From positions 1-64,000 of the IMG/VR virus record IMGVR_UViG_3300013120_000738: a stretch of 64,000 nt of DNA; one strand, given 5' to 3'. Positions 56,655 to 64,000 of this stretch are shown here, one piece after another. A program made the translations under genes and the position numbers. How positions within the stretch are numbered: position 1 is the stretch's first letter; each line of letters starts with the position of its first letter. The notes below the pieces were generated by a model, which saw only the letters and a list, made by a program, of their open reading frames with translations, did no database searches and was not told the DNA's origin.

Positions 56655-57193
56655 GTGCTTTTGTCATACTCTTGTCGCTTGAACCCAGATAATGATCTGG
56701 CCAGTTCAGCTTTCATTTTCAACGCTTCGACCATGTGATACAATTTCCCGGTTTGCATTTGCAATGTCGCTAATTTTGCATCTGCTTCTTTTACACTATC
56801 CTCCGCTTCTAGTACCATTTTGACTTGATCTGCAGTAAGCCTTACATTATCCTTGGCAGCGTCATCCTGTACTTTCTTGATCGCCTTACCCTTCGCAGCC
56901 TTTAGGCCCCTCTCCGCAAGAGTCGCCCAAAATCTACTCTCCGAGTAAACCGCCGACCAGAATGCATATTGACCAGGAAGGTCTTGCATCTGATCCTCAA
57001 GAATATCATAATCAAGGTCGAGCTCCGGGAGCATATCGACCTCAACTCGCATCTTTTTCGGGAGCCCAGGTCTAATTTCCCTAACTGGATCATCAACCGC
57101 TAATTTGACCTTGAATCGAAATAATGTCGATTCAACCAAATCCACAGGAATATTCTCATCAATCCACTTAGGTCTTTTCTGCTTCTTGCTCAT
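56651..57193 (-). CDS. UvsY-like recombination mediator
   Basis: L.+D...LE.....P..YA.W helical pattern, ...KAE..RSL; adjacent to ssb. Confidence 0.6.
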   Translation of the reverse strand: MSKKQKRPKWIDENIPVDLVESTLFRFKVKLAVDDPVREIRPGLPKKMRVEVDMLPELDLDYDILEDQMQDLPGQYAFWSAVYSESRFWATLAERGLKAAKGKAIKKVQDDAAKDNVRLTADQVKMVLEAEDSVKEADAKLATLQMQTGKLYHMVEALKMKAELARSLSGFKRQEYDKST

Positions 57194-57470
57194 CAGGTGG
57201 GCTCCAGGCATTCATATTAAAGCCCTGATAATCGTCCAATACACCATCGTCTGTGTCATTCTGCATAGTATTATCTGGTGGTTGTAACGATTGCCAGGCA
57301 TTTCTCTGGAATGTAGGTTGAATTCTTTGTTTAGCTTGTCCTATAATTACTGCTCCAGCCGCTTTCTCAGCAATTTTCACCTTAGCACGATCTATCTTCT
57401 TAGCCTTTTTCTTCTTCCTCTGGAGACGTCTTTTTGCCTTCTCACGTAATTTATTTTCTTTGCTCTTCAT
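57168..57470 (-). CDS. Basic hypothetical protein
   Basis: Lys-rich 100-aa ORF. Confidence 0.55.
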   Translation of the reverse strand: MKSKENKLREKAKRRLQRKKKKAKKIDRAKVKIAEKAAGAVIIGQAKQRIQPTFQRNAWQSLQPPDNTMQNDTDDGVLDDYQGFNMNAWSPPDEQEAEKT

Positions 57471-58672
57471 CTATAGACTTTCAATAATTTCCATTTCTTC
57501 CATTTCTTACCAACACTAACCTTAACCGGAAACGAAGGATTATCTTCCAGTAAACCGTCAAATGGGTGGAGCATGACATCTGCCACCATATCAACAGTAT
57601 CACCAATCTTATTACGAGGGCTTGAAACTACTAAGGAATCATGGATTTCTGTGATAAGTCTCGTCCCTATCTCGTCCCAAATCTTCCTAACAACTCTCTG
57701 CATAGCATGAGCTACAGAGCCTTGCATGACACCATTCAACACAGCGAGTTGATTCTTTGCATGGGCTAATCGGAATCTACGACCTAATATTGTCTGAAGA
57801 GAAGTTGAAGGACCATCCAATCTGGATTTGCACTTCATAATCCACTCACCTAAACCAGGGTATATATCACTTAGAGCTTCACTATGAAAATCCATCGAAT
57901 TTATAGATTTCAATAGAAATAACTTAGCCTCATCCCTAGTTATTTGATCATTTGAATCTTTATTTATCTCTTCCATCATTGTTGTATATGGATCTGATTT
58001 TTGGAAAGCCATCGATAATTTCGCATCATTAGCCAATAATGATGCAACACGAATATCTGCACAGATCCAATCAAAATGAATTAGTATATCACTATCAGGA
58101 AATCTCGGAGACCAAACAGGAAATTCCTCGCTTAATCCTTGTATATTATATCCTACTGTTTTACTTCTACCAGAGAACGTCCTTTGTGAATAAACCGGCC
58201 GTACCCTTTCATGACCGACCATCAAACCAGCACGCTGCAAATCCTCATAAACAATAGCAGCATCAGCTATCAATCTCTGATAATCACGTACCTTTTGAGC
58301 CTGCATCCTCTCTAGTACATGCCGAACAGCTAATATATCCGCGTGTTTAGACTTACCAGGCTTAATATTTGGTAAATGCAGATCATATACTTTATATGGT
58401 AGATCAAGTGGAAGTTTGAAAGTTCTAATATGGGCCTTAAAATCTGACAAAATTATTTCTGCTCCTTTAGAAGCAGCCGTTATAATTATTTTGCGTATTT
58501 CATCTATTCTACTAGATATATCTCCTACTATTTTACCCTCTCCAGACCTAAATAATTCCTTTATTATAATCTTATCGCCTATTGCGATACCACAAATACT
58601 AGGCCGCTCCCTAGCACCTTTAGGAGGTTCGAAGATTGTACAAACATAAACTCTGCGCATCGTTCTAATCAA
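57467..58672 (-). CDS. Minimal family A DNA polymerase (polymerase domain only, divergent motifs)
   Basis: SGR...NIQ, motif A FDWICADIR, motif B RDEAKLFLL...N, QGS.A, motif C IHDSL. Confidence 0.8.
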   Translation of the reverse strand: MIRTMRRVYVCTIFEPPKGARERPSICGIAIGDKIIIKELFRSGEGKIVGDISSRIDEIRKIIITAASKGAEIILSDFKAHIRTFKLPLDLPYKVYDLHLPNIKPGKSKHADILAVRHVLERMQAQKVRDYQRLIADAAIVYEDLQRAGLMVGHERVRPVYSQRTFSGRSKTVGYNIQGLSEEFPVWSPRFPDSDILIHFDWICADIRVASLLANDAKLSMAFQKSDPYTTMMEEINKDSNDQITRDEAKLFLLKSINSMDFHSEALSDIYPGLGEWIMKCKSRLDGPSTSLQTILGRRFRLAHAKNQLAVLNGVMQGSVAHAMQRVVRKIWDEIGTRLITEIHDSLVVSSPRNKIGDTVDMVADVMLHPFDGLLEDNPSFPVKVSVGKKWKKWKLLKVYR

Positions 58673-58697
58673 TACGAGAGAGATGATAAGCTTGTAG

Positions 58698-59150
58698 TTA
58701 GCTACTGGTTGCTTTTTTCACTTCTTCAACCAGATCACCACTACGGGGGCCAGAGAAGTGTTGAGTTTTAGGATCGTGTTGGCCCTCTTTTTGTAGTTGA
58801 TTTTTGATATGATCAACTTCTCCCGGTACTCGATGCTCAGCATATGGATCATTTTGAGTTAGAGCATGCATATTCATATCACGCTTAGCTCCCGCTCGAT
58901 CCAACCAGCCATATCCGCGAATATAACTATGAATACTAGCACCATGAGGAGTTATCTGTGCGTTAGTGCTACCACACCTTGGGCACTCCGTCGCCTCTTT
59001 CAATTCCTCATCGGTAGGATTCATAGCGTGGGAAGTCTCAAATAAGACTTCCGCCTCAAGTATATCATCGGTTAGATCGTAAAGATCTTTCTTATGCTTA
59101 GCTGTTACTTTCTTTGCACAATCTAAGCATATATAATTATATCTAGGCAT
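58698..59150 (-). CDS. FmdB-like zinc-ribbon protein
   Basis: MPRYNY.C..C...CPRCGS. Confidence 0.75.
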   Translation of the reverse strand: MPRYNYICLDCAKKVTAKHKKDLYDLTDDILEAEVLFETSHAMNPTDEELKEATECPRCGSTNAQITPHGASIHSYIRGYGWLDRAGAKRDMNMHALTQNDPYAEHRVPGEVDHIKNQLQKEGQHDPKTQHFSGPRSGDLVEEVKKATSS

Positions 59151-59589
59151 CTTCTTTATAATGCTCGTATTCTATTTTGGTTGGTAACTTACAAATGAGA
59201 TTTCGCTCGGAAACAATGACTACCCTTTTGCCAGCGTATGGTGGGCTCTTCGAGTCAATATTTGCAATAACGCCTTTACCAAACATCACCACATCGCCGA
59301 TATTGACTTGAGATTCTAGACGACCACCAGCACCATTTGACATACCAGGACCAATTCCTACCACTAATCCCTCATTCTTGAACTTGGCCTCTTCAGTAAG
59401 TTCAATATTGGTGCCATGTTCGAACTGCAAAATAGCCACAAAATCATTCAAGCAGTCGACTTTACGGATTTGAATGACTTGAGTAGGGCCGGGCTGATCC
59501 TCAATAGATTCCTCTTCTTGCTCTTCTTGTAGTTCTTCTTCCTGTCTCTCTTCCTCGGCAGCGAGTTTCTTACTTTTTGGGATGTTCAT
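59143..59589 (-). CDS. groES: Co-chaperonin GroES (gp31 analogue) with acidic N-terminal extension
   Basis: LNDFV, G.VV.+GPG, V.+GD.VMF, ...+SE..+I. Confidence 0.85.
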   Translation of the reverse strand: MNIPKSKKLAAEEERQEEELQEEQEEESIEDQPGPTQVIQIRKVDCLNDFVAILQFEHGTNIELTEEAKFKNEGLVVGIGPGMSNGAGGRLESQVNIGDVVMFGKGVIANIDSKSPPYAGKRVVIVSERNLICKLPTKIEYEHYKEDA

Positions 59590-59623
59590 CTGTATCTCCT
59601 AGGGTATCGTTGAGTTGGATATA

Positions 59624-59875
59624 CTATTTACTCGCCGCAACTACTTCCTTGTGGCTTGTATCTGGGTCTTGTATAAATTGTACTGCAGTTTTACGGCTCG
59701 GGATAGCAGGTGTATGTGGTACACGTACTTGCATAGACGATCCATCTCGACAAACAGTGAAACCATTCCGTTCTATGGTTTCAGCAATTGTCTTAGAGAC
59801 ATCAACATCTACTATGACTCTAAGTTTCATAATGGGGCTTCCTTTACTATCATTGTATCGTATGCGATGGTACAA
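59624..59875 (-). CDS. Hypothetical protein
   Basis: Short ORF overlapping the helicase 3' end. Confidence 0.45.
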   Translation of the reverse strand: MYHRIRYNDSKGSPIMKLRVIVDVDVSKTIAETIERNGFTVCRDGSSMQVRVPHTPAIPSRKTAVQFIQDPDTSHKEVVAASK

Positions 59876-61164
59876 GTTACTGTTTCTAACTTGGGACCAT
59901 TACGATTTTTGGCGATATACAATCGGATTTGAGGAAGAGGTTTACTCCTCCTCTCGGATGTCGTTTGACTAAGGCTGACAACATAATCAAGAGCAAACTG
60001 CTTGGCAAAGCTCTCCGCCGCTTTATTAATATCAACAACCTCGCCACCAGTCGCAGTTCTGTTCGTTTGAGTAGCAGTGAATAACAAAACATGCTCGTTC
60101 CTGGCAAGTCCTCTTAATTCATTAGCTACGTGTTTTTGGCGTGTGTAGTCATCACTATTGTACCTGTCGTTCCTGCTTATCATCAAATCAAGGTAATCGA
60201 TGATGATAACATCAGGACTCCATGATTCTGTACGACGCAAATTATCTAATAATGCATATATATTAGCAACACTACATTCTTCTGGGGACCACTCATATAT
60301 TGCAAATCTCTTCCTATAAGTATTCTTCATCCCTTCTATTCGTGTTATAATAGTCTCTTTGCGTTCAGCAGCTTCATTTATGGGCATACCACTAGCGATA
60401 CCAAGGCACCGCATAGCAGTCTTGATTGTATCAAGTTCGAATGTTATTAATAAAACATCCTGCCCAGGCTCTCCATTAGCTCCAAGACCACACAAAGAAG
60501 TGATAGCGTTATTGCACAGAACTATAGATTTGCCAACATTAGTTGCTGCCAGCCAGCATACGACTTCCTTCGGAGATGGACCACCATTATTAAGATACCT
60601 ATCTAATGATGGGAAACCTGTCGTACGATGATCTATAACATCTGGCTCGAATAATACTTTATACTGATCAAAAAACCAAAAACCTCTTTGACCTACATCG
60701 GCTATACGATTCGCATCTTGTACTATTTTCTCAAGATGATCATACTCACCTCTAACATAAGCATCTTGTGCATCATCACTGTATAGCAAACCAAACGCTT
60801 TATCTCTAGCCCATTGAAGCAAAGTATCCTTTATCATAGGAACTTCGCGAGGGTTCGATTTCCGCGATATAATCTCTAGCACATCTTCAAACGGCTCATC
60901 CTCCGTCATACTACGAAGGACTTTATCCCGCAACAATTTCTTTGTAGGGACTACTTCATACTTTTCAAAACAATTGAGGATCTCGGCCATCACCCATTGG
61001 CATTCTAATCTGCCAAACATAGTAGGCTTAAGAAACCTACCAACAGCCGTAAAGAATTCTGGGTGGTCCAGCGCAAGAGATACTATCGCCTCTTCTTGGT
61101 AACTACCGAAAGGCCTTTCCTCTGGCTCTGGCACAGAATCCAATAATTTATCAACTTTATCCAT
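59827..61164 (-). CDS. Replicative DNA helicase (DnaB/gp41 family)
   Basis: Walker A ATNVGKS, TFEL, IIIDYLD, ELR.LA, ATQ.NR, KNRNG. Confidence 0.9.
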   Translation of the reverse strand: MDKVDKLLDSVPEPEERPFGSYQEEAIVSLALDHPEFFTAVGRFLKPTMFGRLECQWVMAEILNCFEKYEVVPTKKLLRDKVLRSMTEDEPFEDVLEIISRKSNPREVPMIKDTLLQWARDKAFGLLYSDDAQDAYVRGEYDHLEKIVQDANRIADVGQRGFWFFDQYKVLFEPDVIDHRTTGFPSLDRYLNNGGPSPKEVVCWLAATNVGKSIVLCNNAITSLCGLGANGEPGQDVLLITFELDTIKTAMRCLGIASGMPINEAAERKETIITRIEGMKNTYRKRFAIYEWSPEECSVANIYALLDNLRRTESWSPDVIIIDYLDLMISRNDRYNSDDYTRQKHVANELRGLARNEHVLLFTATQTNRTATGGEVVDINKAAESFAKQFALDYVVSLSQTTSERRSKPLPQIRLYIAKNRNGPKLETVTCTIAYDTMIVKEAPL

Positions 61165-61499
61165 TATGTTATGCCACAGATAGCATTTCTCTGAGCTTGG
61201 ATCACAGTTAGTTGTCTTGTAAGATTAGCCTCTACCAGCTCCATAGCATCACAAGCGGGGACAAGTTCATCCTCGGTATAATATAGAACTGCACCATTAA
61301 CAGACAATGTATGCTCGCCATATCTAGCTCCCCTAGGCATTACTCCACCAGCCAAGATAGTGTATACCCATCCAGCTTGCCTCCATTGCGTAGAAGCACC
61401 CCACTGTACACTATTGATAGTGACTGCCTCTAAGAAACCAAGAGCAGCTGATTCCTTAAGGTAAAGAACATCGCCGGGTTCATATAACGGAGCATCCAT
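61164..61499 (-). CDS. Hypothetical protein
   Basis: Coupled ORF. Confidence 0.55.
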   Translation of the reverse strand: MDAPLYEPGDVLYLKESAALGFLEAVTINSVQWGASTQWRQAGWVYTILAGGVMPRGARYGEHTLSVNGAVLYYTEDELVPACDAMELVEANLTRQLTVIQAQRNAICGIT

Positions 61500-61507
61500 C
61501 TTTTCAC

Positions 61508-62626
61508 CTACAGTACCAAACCAGGAAATACCTTACTGTAGATTTGTTGGCGTAATGCTATTGCTGTTTCAGGATTGTCTCGCAAGAACTTCAAAGCATT
61601 AGAACGACCATTACCCAAATTCTTATCACCAAGCTTATAAAAACTACCGCTCTGGGCAATTATTTTCTCTTCCACAGCAACATCTAAAAGAGCAGCATCA
61701 AGATCTATACCAAATACCGGTCTACTAGGATGCCCCACACATATTTCATATGATGCTTCACCAAAAGGATAACCAAGTTTATTCTTCTTGATCTTAGCTG
61801 TAGGTTTCGATCCTATTAGAGTATCACCATCCTTGATCTTACCACCAGCAGAAATATCAATTCTAATAGATGCAGCAAATTTGAGTGCTCTACCACCTGG
61901 TGTTACCTCAGGATTACCAAATACAATACCAATTTTCGACCGGATTTGGTTGATGAATATAATAGTAGCACCAGACTTACTGACTATTGGAACTAATTTA
62001 CGTATACCCTGCCCCATCAACTGTGCTTGAGCACCTATTTGCTTATCACCAATCTCACCAGCAAGTTCTGCTTTTGGAATGAGTGCCGCCACCGAGTCAA
62101 CAACTATAATATCGACTAGACCACTTTTGGCCATTATTTCAGCGATTTGAAGGGCTTCTTCGCCAGAATTCGGTTGTGATAGTAACAATTGATCTACATC
62201 TACACCGATCCTCTCAGCCCATGTTATATCCAGAGCATTTTCTACATCTATAAACGCTGCTGTACCTTGTCGTGGTTGGGAAACAAATTTCGATGCCAAA
62301 GTATCTTGTATTGTTGCACGAGTTTGGCCTTTAGGTTCGTCCTTAAAATGGTCCTTGCTTACAAAGGTCTTGCCTTGACATGCGGCTATAAAGTGCAATG
62401 CTGTAGTAGTCTTTCCACTACCTTCTGCACCATATAATTCTATCATTCTGCCTCTAGGTATACCACCACATCCGAATGCCATATCTATAGTAATAATGCC
62501 AGTACTATATGCCTCAACTGGTTTTACAGAACCGCGTCCCTGCATCACGGCACCGTCACCAAATTGCTTATTGATTATGCTCTTTACTTGATCCAGGCCT
62601 GTCTTCGATTCTTTTGTCTTTGCCAT
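61508..62626 (-). CDS. recA: Recombinase RecA
   Basis: GRMIELYGAEGSGKTT, FIDVE.ALD, VVDSVAAL, INQIR, PGG.ALKF. Confidence 0.95.
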   Translation of the reverse strand: MAKTKESKTGLDQVKSIINKQFGDGAVMQGRGSVKPVEAYSTGIITIDMAFGCGGIPRGRMIELYGAEGSGKTTTALHFIAACQGKTFVSKDHFKDEPKGQTRATIQDTLASKFVSQPRQGTAAFIDVENALDITWAERIGVDVDQLLLSQPNSGEEALQIAEIMAKSGLVDIIVVDSVAALIPKAELAGEIGDKQIGAQAQLMGQGIRKLVPIVSKSGATIIFINQIRSKIGIVFGNPEVTPGGRALKFAASIRIDISAGGKIKDGDTLIGSKPTAKIKKNKLGYPFGEASYEICVGHPSRPVFGIDLDAALLDVAVEEKIIAQSGSFYKLGDKNLGNGRSNALKFLRDNPETAIALRQQIYSKVFPGLVL

Positions 62627-62876
62627 GGGATAATTTTCCTAGTCTTGATATAAGCTCAGACAGATCATACTCCGCTATCTTCAACACATCACTTGCTGGT
62701 ATCTTAATAACAGCATTATTCTTGGCCAATAACAGCTTTCCATCCTCAACGGTGGCTACTACAGACCATATTCCTTTAGGGGATGCCGTCTCACCAGACG
62801 GGACAGATAAATATGATACGTTCTTAGTAGATAACAAGCGAACTTGATCGAATCTTCCAAAAGTAGTAGATTCCAC
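62568..62876 (-). CDS. Hypothetical protein (KOW/SH3-like)
   Basis: ORF upstream of recA. Confidence 0.5.
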   Translation of the reverse strand: MESTTFGRFDQVRLLSTKNVSYLSVPSGETASPKGIWSVVATVEDGKLLLAKNNAVIKIPASDVLKIAEYDLSELISRLGKLSHGKDKRIEDRPGSSKEHNQ

Positions 62877-62923
62877 AATTTATTACCACTCAAAATTACA
62901 ATTGAACATACAAGGAGATTGTC

Positions 62924-63484
62924 ATGACCCTCAATAAAGATGAAAAATTGTTGTGCGAAGCTATCGATTCGATGCTTCAACAAGATGCTAAACTCGGGCT
63001 AGCTATGCACGACAAAGAGCATGAAAAAACAGGGTCAGCCGAACGAGGTTATGAATATCTACATGGTCAAATAGACGAAATGTTTGCCGTCAAAGCGGCC
63101 GAATTAGACCATGCTGATGGGGTATGTCAAGCATTCAAGAAAGTACACAACTACAAATATGTTGACGACCCAACATTCAAGACAGCCATGGAAAAAGAGA
63201 TGGTCGCACAAGCTATACCGGAAGCAGATAGAAGTAAAGCACTAGAATTCGTACCAGCAATAATTAACGAACTCAAGAAAGAACAATCAGAATGGGCAGA
63301 GAAGGATAGTGGTTTCAACCCGGCTCTCGACGAGATAAGAGAAGCAAGCCAACCAGAACAACCACTAGACTTCCAAATCGAGGATGTAGATGGCTGGCCT
63401 AAAGACGCCAACGTCGAATGGGATGAAGGCGACGCCAGTCCAGGAAAGACCCCATCCGATTCAGAACACTCGATGCCAAAATGA
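62924..63484 (+). CDS. Acidic hypothetical protein (possible virion-internal)
   Basis: SD AAGGAG; CAAAATTA upstream. Confidence 0.65.
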   Translation: MTLNKDEKLLCEAIDSMLQQDAKLGLAMHDKEHEKTGSAERGYEYLHGQIDEMFAVKAAELDHADGVCQAFKKVHNYKYVDDPTFKTAMEKEMVAQAIPEADRSKALEFVPAIINELKKEQSEWAEKDSGFNPALDEIREASQPEQPLDFQIEDVDGWPKDANVEWDEGDASPGKTPSDSEHSMPK

Positions 63485-63720
63485 AGCTAAAACAGATAAA
63501 TGAAAATCTGGTGATGCAACAGCTTCGCGGGCAATTAATGACATCAGGACCATATTTCGCCCGCCCTAATCTCCATCTACAAGGTACTACACAAGCATCA
63601 GGACATGATTCAGGAAGCAGATCAGCCGGACTAACATTCCTACCAACAGCTATACCACATAAACCAAGATATAGAAATTATCTAGGATTCGAGAAAAGAC
63701 CTGGTACTATCAGACTCTAA
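63481..63720 (+). CDS. Small hypothetical protein
   Basis: MKLKQINE start, ATGA coupling. Confidence 0.55.
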   Translation: MKLKQINENLVMQQLRGQLMTSGPYFARPNLHLQGTTQASGHDSGSRSAGLTFLPTAIPHKPRYRNYLGFEKRPGTIRL

Positions 63721-63971
63721 TATACTGATATCTGCCCAGCACCTTTGCACTTCGGGCAAGTATCACCATTCACTTCACAATCGCCCCTACATACAGGACA
63801 ATTAGTCATTGTCTTAGCATATCCTTGCCTAGCAAAATCAGGAGTTCTATCCTGCATAGAATCATCAGCCATCCTCTTAAATCTATCCTGTAACTTCCTA
63901 TCATCCTCAGACTTTATAATTGCAACACGAGTAGTGCCTGTACCATCTACCCGTTTCCTCTGAATAGCCAA
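63717..63971 (-). CDS. Small zinc-finger protein
   Basis: CPVC.G...CPKC.G.G. Confidence 0.55.
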   Translation of the reverse strand: MAIQRKRVDGTGTTRVAIIKSEDDRKLQDRFKRMADDSMQDRTPDFARQGYAKTMTNCPVCRGDCEVNGDTCPKCKGAGQISVY

Positions 63972-64000
63972 CGGTTGTCCCTCTCTGCCCTCTACGACGC

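Noticed and set aside
59827-62626. Inteins in helicase, RecA or ligase
   Set aside because: Lengths are near normal and no C/S...HN splice motifs were seen
1-64000. Stop-codon reassignment as seen in some large phages
   Set aside because: Coding density is high under the standard code and conserved genes (sheath, ligA, recA, gmd) are full length; genes ending in TAG look complete

Overview
A 64-kb segment of a large, lytic-type bacterial myovirus (jumbo-phage-like, T4-superfamily architecture), with most genes on the minus strand. No tools were used, so all family calls rest on motif recognition by eye. Tail and neck genes: tape measure protein (truncated at the window edge, missed by the ORF track), gp26/gp51-like tail chaperone pair, three tail-tube paralogues, tail sheath, and gp15-, gp14- and gp13-like genes. 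Replication and repair genes: primase, DnaB/gp41-like helicase, RecA, gp32-like SSB, UvsY-like protein, 5'-3' exonuclease, a minimal PolA, NAD-dependent ligase and a Holliday-junction resolvase. Accessory genes: GroES, a dispersed glycan-modification set (Gmd, three glycosyltransferases, a DUF4422-like protein, two sulfotransferases) and several mobile endonucleases. The most unusual signals are: (1) an anticodon-less tRNA-like RNA with a His-type 8-bp acceptor and a 48-nt structured D-loop insertion (39624-39734, minus); (2) a small domain shared by a tail-operon protein and the N-terminus of a glycosyltransferase, suggesting virion-targeted glycosylation/sulfation; (3) a kinase-less sensor and a membrane-anchored receiver flanking the holin; (4) a hexamer-repeat operator in front of ssb; (5) a probable +1 frameshift joining the tail chaperone ORFs; (6) a CAAANNTA promoter-like motif. 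Several small indels or duplications could be assembly errors.
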